From Octopus vulgaris (lineage: Eukaryota), in assembly GCA_951406725.2 (NCBI GenBank), contig OX597817.1, positions 53,568,001 through 53,632,000 of the forward strand: a stretch of DNA of 64,000 bases, given 5' to 3'. Shown piece after piece: positions 37,459 through 50,395 of the stretch. The notes under the pieces were generated by a model that had not been told where the DNA came from, did no database searches, and saw only the letters and a list, made by a program, of their open reading frames with translations. The translations under genes were made by a program, and so were the position numbers. Positions within the stretch are counted from its first letter, which is position 1, and each line of letters starts with the position of its first letter.

Positions 37459-40400
37459 GTTAGTATTATCAACTGACCACCAGAGGTCACCAGTTCTGGT
37501 TGTTGACATTTAATTAGCATTATTTTTATTGTTATTGTTTGTTTGTTTGTTGTTATTGGGACTTTCAGATCTTGGTTGTGGTTAAATTCTGTTTTCTTCA
37601 GCCACTAATTCATTCTTAACTTGATTAATCACTTGTTTAAACTTAATTAATTTGTGTTAAACTTTCATCTTTTCTTCTCTTCTCTTCTCTTATTTTTTTT
37701 TTTTTTTTGGTTTATTTCTTCACTTTCAAAAGAAGAATGTCATGAAATATTTATTTATTTGTTTATATTGTTTTATTTTTTTGAAGATGTCCCTCATCTT
37801 TCTTCTTACTACTTGGTCATTTCATGATGTTGAGGTTATTTAAACAAGTCTCTTTTTTTTGTTTGTGTGTATTTCCGAGAGTGTGCATCATTACAACATT
37901 TTAGTTTTTCTTCTACAACATTTCCAATACTCATTGGTTACAAGCTTTAAAGATCAATGCTGCGGTTGTTATTGATTACAAATATTGACTTCAGAACTCT
38001 ACTGCAACAGAGCACTTTGCTCTCCAAGTTCTCTCACAAAAACGTTTCTATATTCTCTTCCTTATAAACATAGTGTTTGTTCGCAAACAGTATAATATTT
38101 CCGCTTGATGGTTGTGTGGTTTAGAGGTTTTATGTTCAATCTCAAAGTGTCTGCTATGATATTGTTAGGTCGTTGAGCACTTTATGAGTGCAGTTTCGTA
38201 GTTGGAAACTCTGTGGCAAGACTGTTCAAGGGATTGTGTTTGTTTTTGTGTGGTAGACTTAATCGGTTGTTTGGTGTAACATCACCACCTGGGTCATAAA
38301 TACCTTTCTTAGAGCCCACCCTGTTGTAAGCTCATTTGGAACAACTAACCTCTAAGCAAAACTACCCCAGCTGCTAATTGTGTATCTACTCATGTAGCTT
38401 TACAGGTGTCTGCAAAACGTTTAATTTACTACTTCCATGCTGCAAAGCTGACTCAATAGTAGCACTTTGATGCTACATGTCACATTCTGAATCACATGTG
38501 GCAGACTAGCTTCACTTCTCTCAGTCCCATGTGTTACATAAACTCAAATATCCCCTTTTCTGTTGGTTACTTTGTCACACCATACCCCAATTCCATGAAA
38601 TGTATTATCACAATTTACCTCTGGTCTGTGTGATACATTATTGTAACTTACCCCAGTTCTCTATGGTTACTTATCCCTCACCTGTATTTGCCTTTCCACT
38701 GTTTCAAGATTACCTGTTCTTAGTCTCAGTTCTCTCTAACCCTAACTCACCTCAGTTTTTATCCCTCATTCTACGACAGTTCTTAGAGGGGGACATCACC
38801 TCTACATACATTGACACTGTCTCGCATACAAGTAGGATCTCATCTATGTAAAACAGTGAATCGAAATATTTCAGAGATTATCTACGCAATTAATTTACAA
38901 AATTTCCCTCTAGGGATGGTCAGAATTCTAAAACAGTCATGTGGGGCTTTCTTAATGGCATGCCAATGAAAAATTACTTTAAAGTTTTTCGTAGTGGAGC
39001 CTGACTGATGACGAGTCGTGTCTCATGAGGTTTGCTTCTGGGGGGGGGGGGGGCGTTACCTCTACCAAGGGAGATAATTCGGTATTGTTAGATAATCAAA
39101 ATGATTGGAAAATAGTGTCTCAAAGCAGATAGCAGTGGATCTTGTCTTTAAATCCAACTATGAAAGTAACAAACATGTTTCAGTCTTATTAAGACTCTTC
39201 AGTGAAATATATTCAACTCAGTTGGCAAAACTTAGAAGTGATCAGTATTACAGAAGTAGAAAGAGCCATTATTGATGAATATTACTAGAAATATCTACTT
39301 GGCCAAACTTCCATAATCCATAATCACCTGTAAGCCCTGCGATTCTGTTTTTATGGTTTGCTTTGGTTTTTGAGGTACTCAGAGTGGGGCTAGAGTTACC
39401 AACTATATGCGAGAGCAGTAATTCAGTGATCTACCGTTAAATTGTACAGGATTGGATTTTACCTAAAACCTTGCTCTAGCAGATTCATACTAAAAGTATT
39501 TAGTTACCAAACCATTGCATACTGTATACACACACGCACACACACACACACACACACACACGCATATATAGAGAGAGATACAAGCAGCTGTACAACTGTG
39601 TAGAACTAATACTGAGGATTTGAGGAGGTTTTGATTTTCAGGTCATAAATCTTTGTTGGTGTGGAAGTAGTCAACAGCTTTAACATACTTCTCTTCTTGT
39701 CTGTCTGTTTGTGTGTCTCCACTCCATCAACACTTTAACAGCAGTATAAAGCAGAACATCAGTTGCTGCGAGGAACCATACTTAGTTTTCTGTGTTAGTG
39801 GTGTGTCCTGCAGAATGGTTACAATTCTCAGCAGATGGTTTTACAGTTCATTTGAAAGTTTATTTAAATTGACGCCATTACTTGGCCTGTGAATTGTCTC
39901 AATTAGTAGAGTCTTGTGGTATACAGTTTCAACTCCTTATATTTTGATTTCACATCTTACCAAAGTCGGCTTTGCTTTTTGTTATTCTAGAGTTGATGAA
40001 ATAATTTCCAGTGGTCAAGATATGGGCTTGATTTTAAATCAACCAAACACTTCTCTATAATTTGAAATCTTGAAAACCAGTCTCCAACTTCACTATCCTA
40101 TTTCATCATCATCATCATCATATAGCGTCTGTTTTCCATGCTAGCATGGGTTGGACGGTTTAACTGGGGTCTGTGAAGCTGGAAGGCTTCATCAGGCCTA
40201 TTTCTTTCACTTTAAAAAAACTTTAAGGTTTTATATCTCTATGCAGAATTTAGAAACACCCACCCTGAACCTACCCACATCTACCACTGACTGACCTGTT
40301 TTCTCACTGACCTGAACATATTCTTCCCTCTGACCTACATGTCACAACCCACTTACATTTTGCCTCACTGACCTACATGTACCACTGTGCTCAGCATGTT

Positions 40401-41102
40401 CCCTAGCCAAACTACATGTGCTATCACTGAACTACATACGGTTTTACTTGACCCAAGTCCTGTCAACCTACAAATACTGAAACTAGGCCCCAGGCATCCC
40501 AGTCTCAGCAGTGAGATCAGGACCGGAAAGGTGTGTCAAGCTTGCCTCAACACCTGTGACTGGAACATTAAAAAAGAAAAAAAAAAAAGATGTTGCTTTC
40601 TGGGATTCGAGTTCACAGTTCCAATGAAGTTTCACGTAAACTTACATGCAATGTTTCTTTTAGAAAATTTTTCACATTGTGGTTTTGAGCTTTTAAAAGC
40701 TTATACCACATGTAGAATTACATTCATGTCGTTAGCAGTCTACGAAGCAGCTCTCTTACATGTGACCTTTTGTGACTCTCATCAAAGTCTCAAAAATATT
40801 CCATTCCATGCATAATTTCTTGTTATTATTGCTTTCTTGTGACAGTCTTTGGTCTGTTCTGTACTATTTGTTGTTTTATGCTTCCTCTGCACTCAAGATT
40901 GGCTGCTCAAGTTTGACCAAAAGTTATCTATATGAGTGACCGCTCTGGTGTAGAGGAATAGAGTATGACTGACCAAGGATCACATTGTAAACAAAGAATA
41001 AAGTTAAACAGATAACAAGTTCTTGTTTGGGGTTGTCACCTCTAGACTGATCAAAAAATTACATGGACAGGGAATAAAGATATAATGCTGTGGTCTAACA
41101 TG

Positions 41103-41410
41103 CAGGCACATGGCCTAATGGTTAGAGCAGCCGACTTGCAGTTGAGGGATCGTGGTTTTGAATCTCAGACCAGGCGATGTGTGTGTGTATTTATGAGCAA
41201 AGCAACTAAGCTCTATGCGGTTATGGTAGAAGGCAATGGCGAACTTCTGCTGACTCTTTCGCTACAACTTTCTCTCACTCCGTCCTCCTGCATCTAGCTG
41301 CTCACCTGTGATGGACTGGCGTCCCGTCCAGGTGGGGAACTTATATGCTAATGAAACCAGGAAATCAGCCCTAATGAGCCAGGCATGGTTCGAGAAGGAA
41401 CAGACAACAC
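41103..41410 (+). mobile_element. tRNA-derived SINE
   Basis: Head tggcctaatggttagagc...ggttttgaatct; body contains gatggactggcgtcccgtccagg. Confidence 0.65.
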
Positions 41411-42177
41411 AACTGTGGTGTAACAGTGGTAAGGGAGGTAACTTTGTGATGATGATTATAATAAAATGTGTTAAGTGTGACTTCGTTACACTTTTCGAAA
41501 GTAATAGCCCTAATGATTATCAAAGGGTTATGAAATTCTTACACCACTATATTATTAATAGAACATGTTTACCTGTTATCCATGAAGAGGCAGTCTTAGA
41601 GAACATTGACTGATAAAAACGAATGTTTTCAGAAGCTCCACTTTTAGTCTTACATTTTACATCCAGCTTTGACTTTCAACTCTATTTTAGTTTTCTGTAG
41701 AATACTATGTTTTTCTCTCTCTCAGCAAAGAACTTGTCCTTTAAATCTGTTAGATTGAGCAATAGCTTGTATTTGAAACCCCAACATACCACTTGTGACT
41801 TTACATGTGCGAATATCCAATATCGTTCCCTTCCATAGGATGTAGATGTATTCTGAGGTAGAATGGTTCCAAGAAATAGTTTCTGATGGTGTTTTCTGTT
41901 AATGTAGGTCATAAATTCTTTGACGTGGGTTGTAATTGTTTCCAGTCCAATGAAGTATATTAAGGAGCATGAAGAAAGTGGGACCACCCTTCCTTTTCAA
42001 CCTGCATGTGTGTTGTTTCCTCTGTGTTTCGATGTTTTAACCCTTTAAATATTTTGGGTGTGTGTGTGAGTATGGAGATAGGGACAGCATGCTTATGAAA
42101 TGTGCTGTGACTATTTCATTTTGTCAGTTCTCCTCTACTAACCACCATCTGGCTGTTTTCACTAACCTTTTTCACAG

Positions 42178-42306
42178 GAAGAGGAGTTTAGACTAAAGCA
42201 CGAAGCCTTGATGAACCAACAGAAGCACGAGTCACAAATCTTGAAGCAGCAACTCGAAGAGCAACGGACAAAAACTGCTTCAAAGGACTTGGTAGGCATG
42301 ACAAAG
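42178..42306 (+). CDS. LRCH: Internal coiled-coil exon (EEEFRLKHEALMNQQKHESQILKQQLEEQRTKTASKDL[VGMTK])
   Basis: actaac branch point plus ttttcacAG; phase 0; two in-frame donors, TTG|gtaggc at 42291 and AAG|gtgtgt at 42306. Confidence 0.85.
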
Positions 42307-43006
42307 GTGTGTAAACTAGTGTGACCAAACTGCCTCTTTCCCAGCATACAGCCACTCTTCTCTCATTTTTCTTGCACCACTACCTGTCCTAGCTCTTTCT
42401 GAATCTGCTTTCGTCTGTCTTAGAGATATTCTTGTAGCTCAATTTGATTCTTATTCTCGTTGGTGAAATTACTTTTTCTTGTTGTCTTCAGTTTTTCTCT
42501 CTTTTATTTCACGCATGTTGTTATTATTCTCTCTCACAATTCTGCATCATTTCTTAAATAATTTGTATATTTCTGTTCAGTTTTTCAAAAAAAGAATTCA
42601 GTGCTTTTTTTCTCTGTTTATTTCCACTAATTTTGTTGTGTTGTTGTTGTTGTTGTTTTTGTTGTTGTTGCTATTAAGTGATTCCAATTTTAAAGGTCTG
42701 TGACTTTTAAAAACAAACCTTAGATCTATCATGTCGAATACGACATTTGTCTCTTTTCTGATCTTACTGCACACACTGCACTCCAATGCCATATTTGGCG
42801 TTGTGGAGATGCAGTGCAGCCTTGCAACACCATGGCACTGTATCCATTGAAATGTCGCAGTCTACCTGCACCCAGTGAGAATCACTGACAAGTTTTCATT
42901 TCTCTTATTTTTAACCAATCTCAAGATGTCCTGTTTGTCCTCAATTATCGATATATAACTGTTGTGTATGTTGACCAAATCTCACTTTCTTTCTTCATTA
43001 TCACAG

Positions 43007-43015
43007 GTAAGAGAT
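43007..43015 (+). CDS. LRCH: Candidate 9-nt microexon (VRD) or recursive splice site
   Basis: ctcactttctttcttcattatcacAG|GTAAGAGAT|gtaagc; phase 0-0 fits between the 42178 and 48111 exons. Confidence 0.5.
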
Positions 43016-43319
43016 GTAAGCGTGTTTTATTTCCTGTCTTTCATTTCCATCAGTTTGTAGCTGAAAGCAAAGCTGGGAGGGGGGGGGGTAAATTTCAGTA
43101 AAATTTGTCAAAAAAAGGGTGTGGGGAGATTCTTGTTTCTATATAGATTTTTTTTATTCCACATATTTTGAGATTAAGGTAATCCAATTAATCTAATTAT
43201 TGATATCTCTAATATCATAATTACTGGTTTATGCAAGGTTTGTAGAAGACTACAAATATTTAATGTACCACCAGTTGTTCATAGTAAAGTATTGTGTCCT
43301 ATAATAATAATAATAATAA

Positions 43320-44309
43320 TGCTCTAATACAGTACCAGGCAGGGGCTCTCATGTCTTCTGATCTTAATTGATTGGAAGTGTTATCCTGTACATGTTTTGT
43401 CTTGGTATAAAAAATGGGTTACAGTAAATATTCTGATCAATACCACAGATTTGCTTGTCAGTTGCTTGACCATAATCATTTGAACATGTCTTTTAGCAGC
43501 TGATGATATGTGCAATTCTCATCATGAGCAAGCAAGAGCAGTGGGGTAGCATCATAGCCATGTGTTGAGAGGAATTGTTTGGGGTTTGACTAATTTACCT
43601 ATTGAAACACAGGTGTTTTGTTCATCATCCTTAAATAACTCTTATTGAGGAAGGACCTATTGAATGGGATGAGCTATTTGACCTACAGAAAATTCTGATC
43701 TCCACCTGTAAGGTCATGTGCTCTTTTTCTTGATGATGATAATAATAATAATTATAATAATAAATGCCCTGATGCAGCACCAGACAGTGGCTCTCGTGGC
43801 TTCTGATCTTAACTGATTGGAAGTGTTATCATGTACTTTGTTTTGTCTTGGTATAAAAGATGGGCTACAGCAAATATTCTGCTCAATACCACAGATTTGC
43901 TTGTCAGTTGTTTGACCTTAACCAGTTGAGCATGTCTCTTAGTGGCTGGCAATATGTGCATCTCTGATCACGAGCAGAAATAATGGGGGAGCATCATAGC
44001 CATGTGTTGAGAGGTATTCTTTGGGGTTTGAATAATTCACCTTTGGAAATGTGGGTGTTTCCTTCAACATCCTTAAGCAACCCTTATTCAGGGATCTTTT
44101 GAGCGGGATGGGTTACTCAACCAGAAGAAAATTCTAACTGGGCCCCACCTGCAAGGTCATGCACTGTTTATCTTGATATGAGATAACCATGTCGTGCACA
44201 TATGGTTATGATGCATGTGCCTGGTGTACCCTTATCAGACGGGTAGTCATGATGGGTATATTTGACCCCACTGTCACTTTGATGGTATGTACTGCTCTCT
44301 CACTCAATG

Positions 44310-44310
<1 letters not shown>
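43320..44310 (+). mobile_element. Two tandem copies of an unclassified ~550-bp repeat embedded in (AAT)n
   Basis: 43320-43735 and 43762-44310 are similar; an internally deleted copy lies at about 24515-24800; each is bounded by (AAT)n. Confidence 0.75.
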
Positions 44311-44345
<35 letters not shown>

Positions 44346-44940
44346 TTGATAGTGTATGAGCAGAGGTTCAGGTTGTATTTTGGCATTATTTGACACTTAA
44401 TCTTGTTGTCAGTAATCTGTAAATGTATTCCTTTTTCTTTTACGTGCAAATAGTCTCTCTCTCTCACACACACACACAATCTTGCTGTTTGTACAGCTTC
44501 CATTCCACCCACCCACCCACACACATCACATTTCTTCTTGCTAGAGAAATTATTTACCCTTTTATTCTATTCTCTCTTGCCTTTGCCTGCTACACTCTCT
44601 CTCTCTGCCACATGTGATATCTGATACTTGTTACCCTGCATTTGATAGAAACCGAAATGTTGTACTCACCCCATCAACCTCACCAGCTCCAGCCATTGTC
44701 TTCCTATTTATCTGCCAGACACAGAAAAGCTAGCATTATTGACCGTTCTTTTGGATTTCTGAGGAAAGGCTAAAAGAGAGAAGGAGAAAGTGGGGAGAAG
44801 TTCTTATACCAGAGACCTAATCCCGGGGCTTGCTACATCATAGTTCTGCAAAGTCCACCAAAATTTATATGCAATAAATTGCTTATACTGCTACAATACA
44901 CAAAATATTTAATTTTATATATGATTACTAATAATGCGAC

Positions 44941-45643
44941 TGAGACTTTTGGAAATATGCTGTGCTTGCGAAGACCCGGCAAGCCAAATGAGACCATAAC
45001 CTGTGGCCCATGCCAGGAGCATAACCAGCCCGCTTATGCGTACCTTTTCCTTCCTTGGACACTAAACTCTGCTTGCGAAGACCCATTGAGGCAAGTGAAA
45101 TCAAAATCAATTCAATGACTGGCATCCGGGCTAGCGGGGTGCAAAGAGCACCATACGAGCGTGATCGTTGACAGAGCGGCTAACCGGCTTCTGTGCCAGC
45201 GGCACATAAAAGACACCATTCGAGTGTGATCGTTACCAGCCATGCCTTACTGGCACTTGTGCCCGTGCTAGTAGGGTGCCAAGAGCACCATCCGAGCATG
45301 ATCGTTGCCAGAGCAGCCAACTGGCTTCCATGCCGGTGGCACGTAAAAGGACACCATTCAAGCGTGATCATTACCAGTGTCGCCTTACTGGCACCTGTGC
45401 TGGTGGCATGTGTAAAAAGATTCGAGCAAGGTCGTTGCCAGTACCGCCTGACTGGCCTCCGTGCCGGTGGCACGTAAAAAGTACCCACTACACTCTCGGG
45501 GTGGTTGGCGTTAGGAAGGGCATCCAGCTGTAGAAACTCTGCCAGATCAGGATTGGAGCTTGGTGTAGCCATCTGGTTCGCCAACCCTCAGTCAAAATCG
45601 TCCAACCCATGCTAGCATGGAAAGTGGACGTTAAACGATGATG
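44941..45643 (+). mobile_element. 5'-truncated RTE LINE with an expanded tandem-modular 3' UTR
   Basis: Begins with DFWKYAVLAKTRQAK*, then repeated gtgcc...ggcac..aaaa..cacc modules, ends ttaaacgatgatg. Confidence 0.8.
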
Positions 45644-46260
45644 AATAAAAATACAGGAGAATTTTTTTTTTTCCTTATATACATCAAATGGCTCTAGAGG
45701 TCCAGGAGAGTAAAATAGGAACCTAAGGGGTCCATAGGCCAAAAAGTGGTCGAGAGGCACTGCACCAGGCATATGTGATCTTTTACCATATTCTGCCATA
45801 TCATCCATTCACCCACATGTGCTATTAAATCCATTTCTAATTTGGTGTGAGAATTGGATTTGATGTCCGTGCTTTTCAGTTTCCACTGAGTTTACTGCCT
45901 GATGACCGCTTGGTCACTCACTCTCTCTCTCTCTTTCTCTCTCTCAGCATCACCATCTTATTTCTTACTTGTCATATAAAACACCACTATAGGCAGAATG
46001 TGGACTCTCTGACATGTAGCAATTGGCCGCTCATACATGTAGCAGTTGGTCACTCTCACACTTCACATTTAGTTTCAATGTATATTTAGTAAAACAAATG
46101 CTACTGAGGTTGTCTTTGCCTTTCATCCTTTCAGGGTTGATAAAATAAGTACCAGTTTTGCACTGAGGTTGATGTAATCAACTTATCCTTTCTTCAAACT
46201 TGTTGGCCTTGAGTTAAAATTTGAAACCAAGATATATATATATATACATATATATATATA

Positions 46261-46413
46261 TGGAGTAAAGATTGTTTGCCAGCATAACATGGCAGTCCTG
46301 GTTTAGGACAAATGTTGCTGTAATTTAGCCCCAGGAGACATCGTCTCCAGTTGGCTATACAACACGATCTAAACCAGGACTGCGATGTTATGTTGGCAAA
46401 CAATCTTCACTCC
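46261..46413. repeat. Fold-back repeat with ~46-bp arms
   Basis: tggagtaaagattgtttgccagcataacat...atgttatgttggcaaacaatcttcactcca; the right half recurs at about 60505-60620. Confidence 0.75.
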
Positions 46414-46462
46414 AAGATACTGCTGCTGAATATCTCTCGTTGCGAGATTTAAAAATAGTAAC

Positions 46463-46503
<41 letters not shown>

Positions 46504-46892
46504 TTTTCTCACGGTAAAACAATAGTTTTTCTGTGGCAGCAGTTAAATTTGCCAGATGCCTTAGCTAAGCAAAATGTCTTCGCCACTTGACTTGTCTTCT
46601 ATTTCACCAAAGCTAGAGTAGATATCACAGACCTCCAACGAATTCTAAAAAGTGAGTTGGTGAAAACGCAGTGACAGTGACCATTAGGGACAGAGACTGA
46701 AAGAAGGTTTTGAGACACAATTTCCCTCGACTTTATAACTTTTAGACTACGAGAACGTGTACACACATACAGGCCGAAATTAACTTTTCTTTTTACCTTG
46801 CAAGCTTTTCCATTTACGAATTATACATATCAACCCGTTGTGGTAACGGTAAATAAATAATCTTTTCTAACCTAAGCATTAATCCCTACATC

Positions 46893-47388
46893 TGTGCTAG
46901 TGGGGTGCAAAGAGCACCATACGAGTGTGATCATTGACGGAGCGGCTAACTGGCTTCCGTGCCAGTGGCACTTAAAAAAGGCACCATTTGAGTGTGATCA
47001 TTACCAGCGTAGACTTACTGGCGCTTGTGCCCGTGCTAGTAGGGTGCCAAGAGCACCATCCGAGCGTGATTGTTACCAGAGCAGCCATCTGGCTTCCATG
47101 CTGGTGCACGTAAAAGGGCACCATTCAAGCGTGATCATTACCAGCATCGCTTTACTGGCACCTGTGCCTGTGGCATGTGCAAAAAGATTCGAGCAAGGTC
47201 ATTGCCAGTACCGCCTGACTGGCCCCCGTACTGGTGGCACGTAAAAAGCACCCATTACACTCTTGGAGTGGTTGGTGTTAGGAAGGGCATCCAGCTGTAG
47301 AAACTCTGCCAGATCAAGATTGGTTTGCCAGGCCCCAGTCAAAATCATCCAACCCATGCTAGCATGGAAAGCGGGCATTAAACGATGG
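46893..47388 (+). mobile_element. RTE-family 3' UTR copy with modular array
   Basis: Highly similar to 45130-45643. Confidence 0.8.
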
Positions 47389-47394
47389 TAATGA

Positions 47395-47471
<77 letters not shown>

Positions 47472-48110
47472 ATTAGCAAATGAGCATGTGGCTGTTTTCT
47501 TTCCTTGGATATGAGCAAGCAATGTCATCTCTCACTCTATATCTGGTTATGTTAATCCTCATTACTCTGCGAGTAATGACTATTTCATGTGACTATTTCA
47601 TATCAGTGGATGTGATCTTTGGCAACCTCCTTGCTTTTAAACAAAGTGAGACCAATTGCTTTCGCTTCGTTCTCCATGCATCCTTTCCAGGTCTTCTTTG
47701 GTTGTCCAACTTTTCTCTATTTAGTTATGTGATAACTTCTAAATTTATATTTCAAACGTCAAACATAAAATTAATTCTATTTGAAGTATTAAAAAAAAAT
47801 AATATATATATAGCATTATATGTCTTTCTTGAAACTAACCCTAAACAATAAAGTGGCTTTTGCTGGCCTTTATTAGAAGACAATCCTTGTTTTGAAAACA
47901 AACCCTTGGAAACTAGGTACTTTTGCAAGGGAACCGGTTTGTTTTATTTTAAGTGTTATGTTTGATAGGTTTTCTAAAAAGTGTGAAGCAATGTGGAGTA
48001 TTTCTTGAGGTAAATAATAATTGTTTAAAATCTGTTGCAGGTTATTTAAAATGGTTTTCTTGCTTTGATTTGGAACTAAATATGTATTTCTCTGTCTTGT
48101 GTCTCAACAG

Positions 48111-48180
48111 CGATCTCCTGGAGATTCTTCTATCAGTTACAGTAGCAGTACAGCAGGGACTAAAACGGCTACGAAAACAG
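48111..48180 (+). CDS. LRCH: Internal coding exon (RSPGDSSISYSSSTAGTKTATKT)
   Basis: gtctcaacAG acceptor, strong donor CAG|gtaagc, 70 nt, phase 0 to 1. Confidence 0.85.
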
Positions 48181-48382
48181 GTAAGCTGACACCTATGGCC
48201 CTTCGCATCATTAAACATGCTGGGTCCCACTCCCTTATGGTTTTGGGTTTGTAAAAGCTCACTGATTCTTTTAGTATAGTGTATTGTTTTAGGATTGAAT
48301 AAGAAAGCAAGTTAATAAAATTTCTTTATTTAGACCAATTGGTGAAGTAAATATAATCTATATTTAATTATTATATTTTGTG

Positions 48383-48590
48383 GCGGCGAGTTGGCAGAAA
48401 CGTTAGCACGCCAGGCGAAATGCGTAGCCGTATTTCGTCTGCCGTTACGTTCTGAGTTCAAATTTCTCCGAGGTCGACTTTGCCTTTCATCCTTTCGGGG
48501 TCGATAAATTAAGTACCGGTTACGCACTGGGGTCGATGTAATCGACTTAATCCATTTGTCTGTCCTTGTTTGTGGGTAGTAAAGAAATAG
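48383..48590 (+). mobile_element. Family-A SINE, low divergence
   Basis: ggcggcgagttggcagaaacgttagc...aaagaaatag; atatttaattatt is present on both flanks. Confidence 0.85.
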
Positions 48591-50053
48591 ATATTTAATT
48601 ATTTTTTTATTTTTCGTGTGTGAGTGTAAGTGTTAGATGTGTTATTTCCTCATTGTCTGTAATGTATCGAAATGTCCTGTTGTTGTAGTTTATGTTTAGA
48701 TGACAATATCGTAATGTCAAAGCACACATGTAGCTCACTGCATTCTGTCCTGTTGCACCAACATCGTGTCTCGTTATTATTGTTGATGACCCTGGGTATT
48801 TAGGTAGAGCAGCTACACTGTCATAGCCACACTGTTACACTTCAGTCATCCCTCTCACTTAATGTGTCCTCCTGGATACCAACATTCTCACACGCAACCA
48901 TTTACTACAGTTTGTCTATCCAGCTATAATGTTATATAATTAAAATATAATAGTAGGCAGTGAGTAACCTACACTAAAAGTCAAGTGTGTGTTTCAAATC
49001 ATACAATGTAACTTACCCATCATTTCTTTTCTTACATAAGACTGAAGACTGTTACATAAGAGGAACATACAGCTCCAAGTACTCTAATATTATGTTGATC
49101 AGCTCAAATGAAATAATGATAATGAAAAAAAAAAGATATCATATGAAGGAATACCCAATGTCAACTTGACCTTAAATGTTCTGCTGAAGGGTTTATTTAT
49201 GGTGCTATAAAGCTAAATCTAAGCTTCTCAATCATGTGCCAGATTAACTTCAAAGCCTTTCAAACTGAGTTTCAATCAACATCTGTACTCTTTTCACGAG
49301 CATCTTAGAAATATGATAGCAGTTTCTCACGATTTATCTTGAAATTTAGATCTAATAGCAGAAACCTATGAGTTAGGGAAAATAGTTAGCGTGGGGGCCT
49401 GGTGAGAGATGGGAGGTAAGATGAATGAGGGGAGATAAATGGTGGGAGGTTGGGTTGCTCTGTGAATGTGTTGATGTACTGGAATTGGTAACATATTGGT
49501 GTGTGTGTGTGTGGGGGAGGGATCAGTTGGATGACCTCCTTTGAGGATGCAGTCTAGATTGCATATATGTGCAGCTGCAGCAGAAAGAGGACTCCTCTGC
49601 ATATGGGGAACTAGTCTAGTGTAAATATCTTTCTTAAATTTTGTTGAGTGTTTGCTTGCTTCGAGCTGAAGGAAGCATTTTGTAGAAATGAACTCAGTTT
49701 GTAGGTCAACATAGATGTTATATGATTGGTTGGTCAACAACCTAAGACCATACTCACTGTCCAATTACGTAATAGGTGCAAGTATGGCTGAGTGGGGAAT
49801 TGCAACAGGTGCCAGTCGATCGATCCTGTCCCGAGTACATACAAACCACGAACGATTCAGGTAGAGGAAGACTGGAAGAGGCTAGCCATTGATGTGATGC
49901 ACTATTTGGGAAAGGTGTACCTTTCAATGGTCGACTGTGGACCGGGCAAATGACCATCATCATCATTTAATGTCCGTTGTCCATGCTGGAATGGGCTTGA
50001 TGGTTTGTATAGGGCTGCTAAGCTGGAAGGCTGCACCAAACACCAAGCTATTA

Positions 50054-50395
50054 TCATCATCATCGTTTAACGTCCGTTTTCCGTGCTAGCATGGGTTGGA
50101 CGGTTCGACTGGGGTCTGGAAAGCCAGGAGGCTGCACCAGGCTCCTGTCTGATCTGGCAGTATTTCTACAGCTGGATGCCCTTCCTAACGCCAACCACTC
50201 TATGAGTGTAGTGGGTGCTTTTTACATGCCACCGGCACAGGTGCCAAGGGAGGCCGGCAGTGGCCATGATCGGTTGGTGCTTTTTACGTGCCACCGGCAC
50301 AGAAGCCAGTTAAGGCGGCACTGGCATCGGCCACATTCGGATGGTGCTTTTTACGTGCCACCGGCACAGGTATCACAACTACAATTTCCATTTGA
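50054..50395 (-). mobile_element. RTE-family 3' tail copy
   Basis: Near-identical to 10184-10525. Confidence 0.8.

Noticed and set aside
38995-39035. CTGATGA followed by a short gag/ctc stem
   Set aside because: No GAAA box follows, so it is not counted as a hammerhead.
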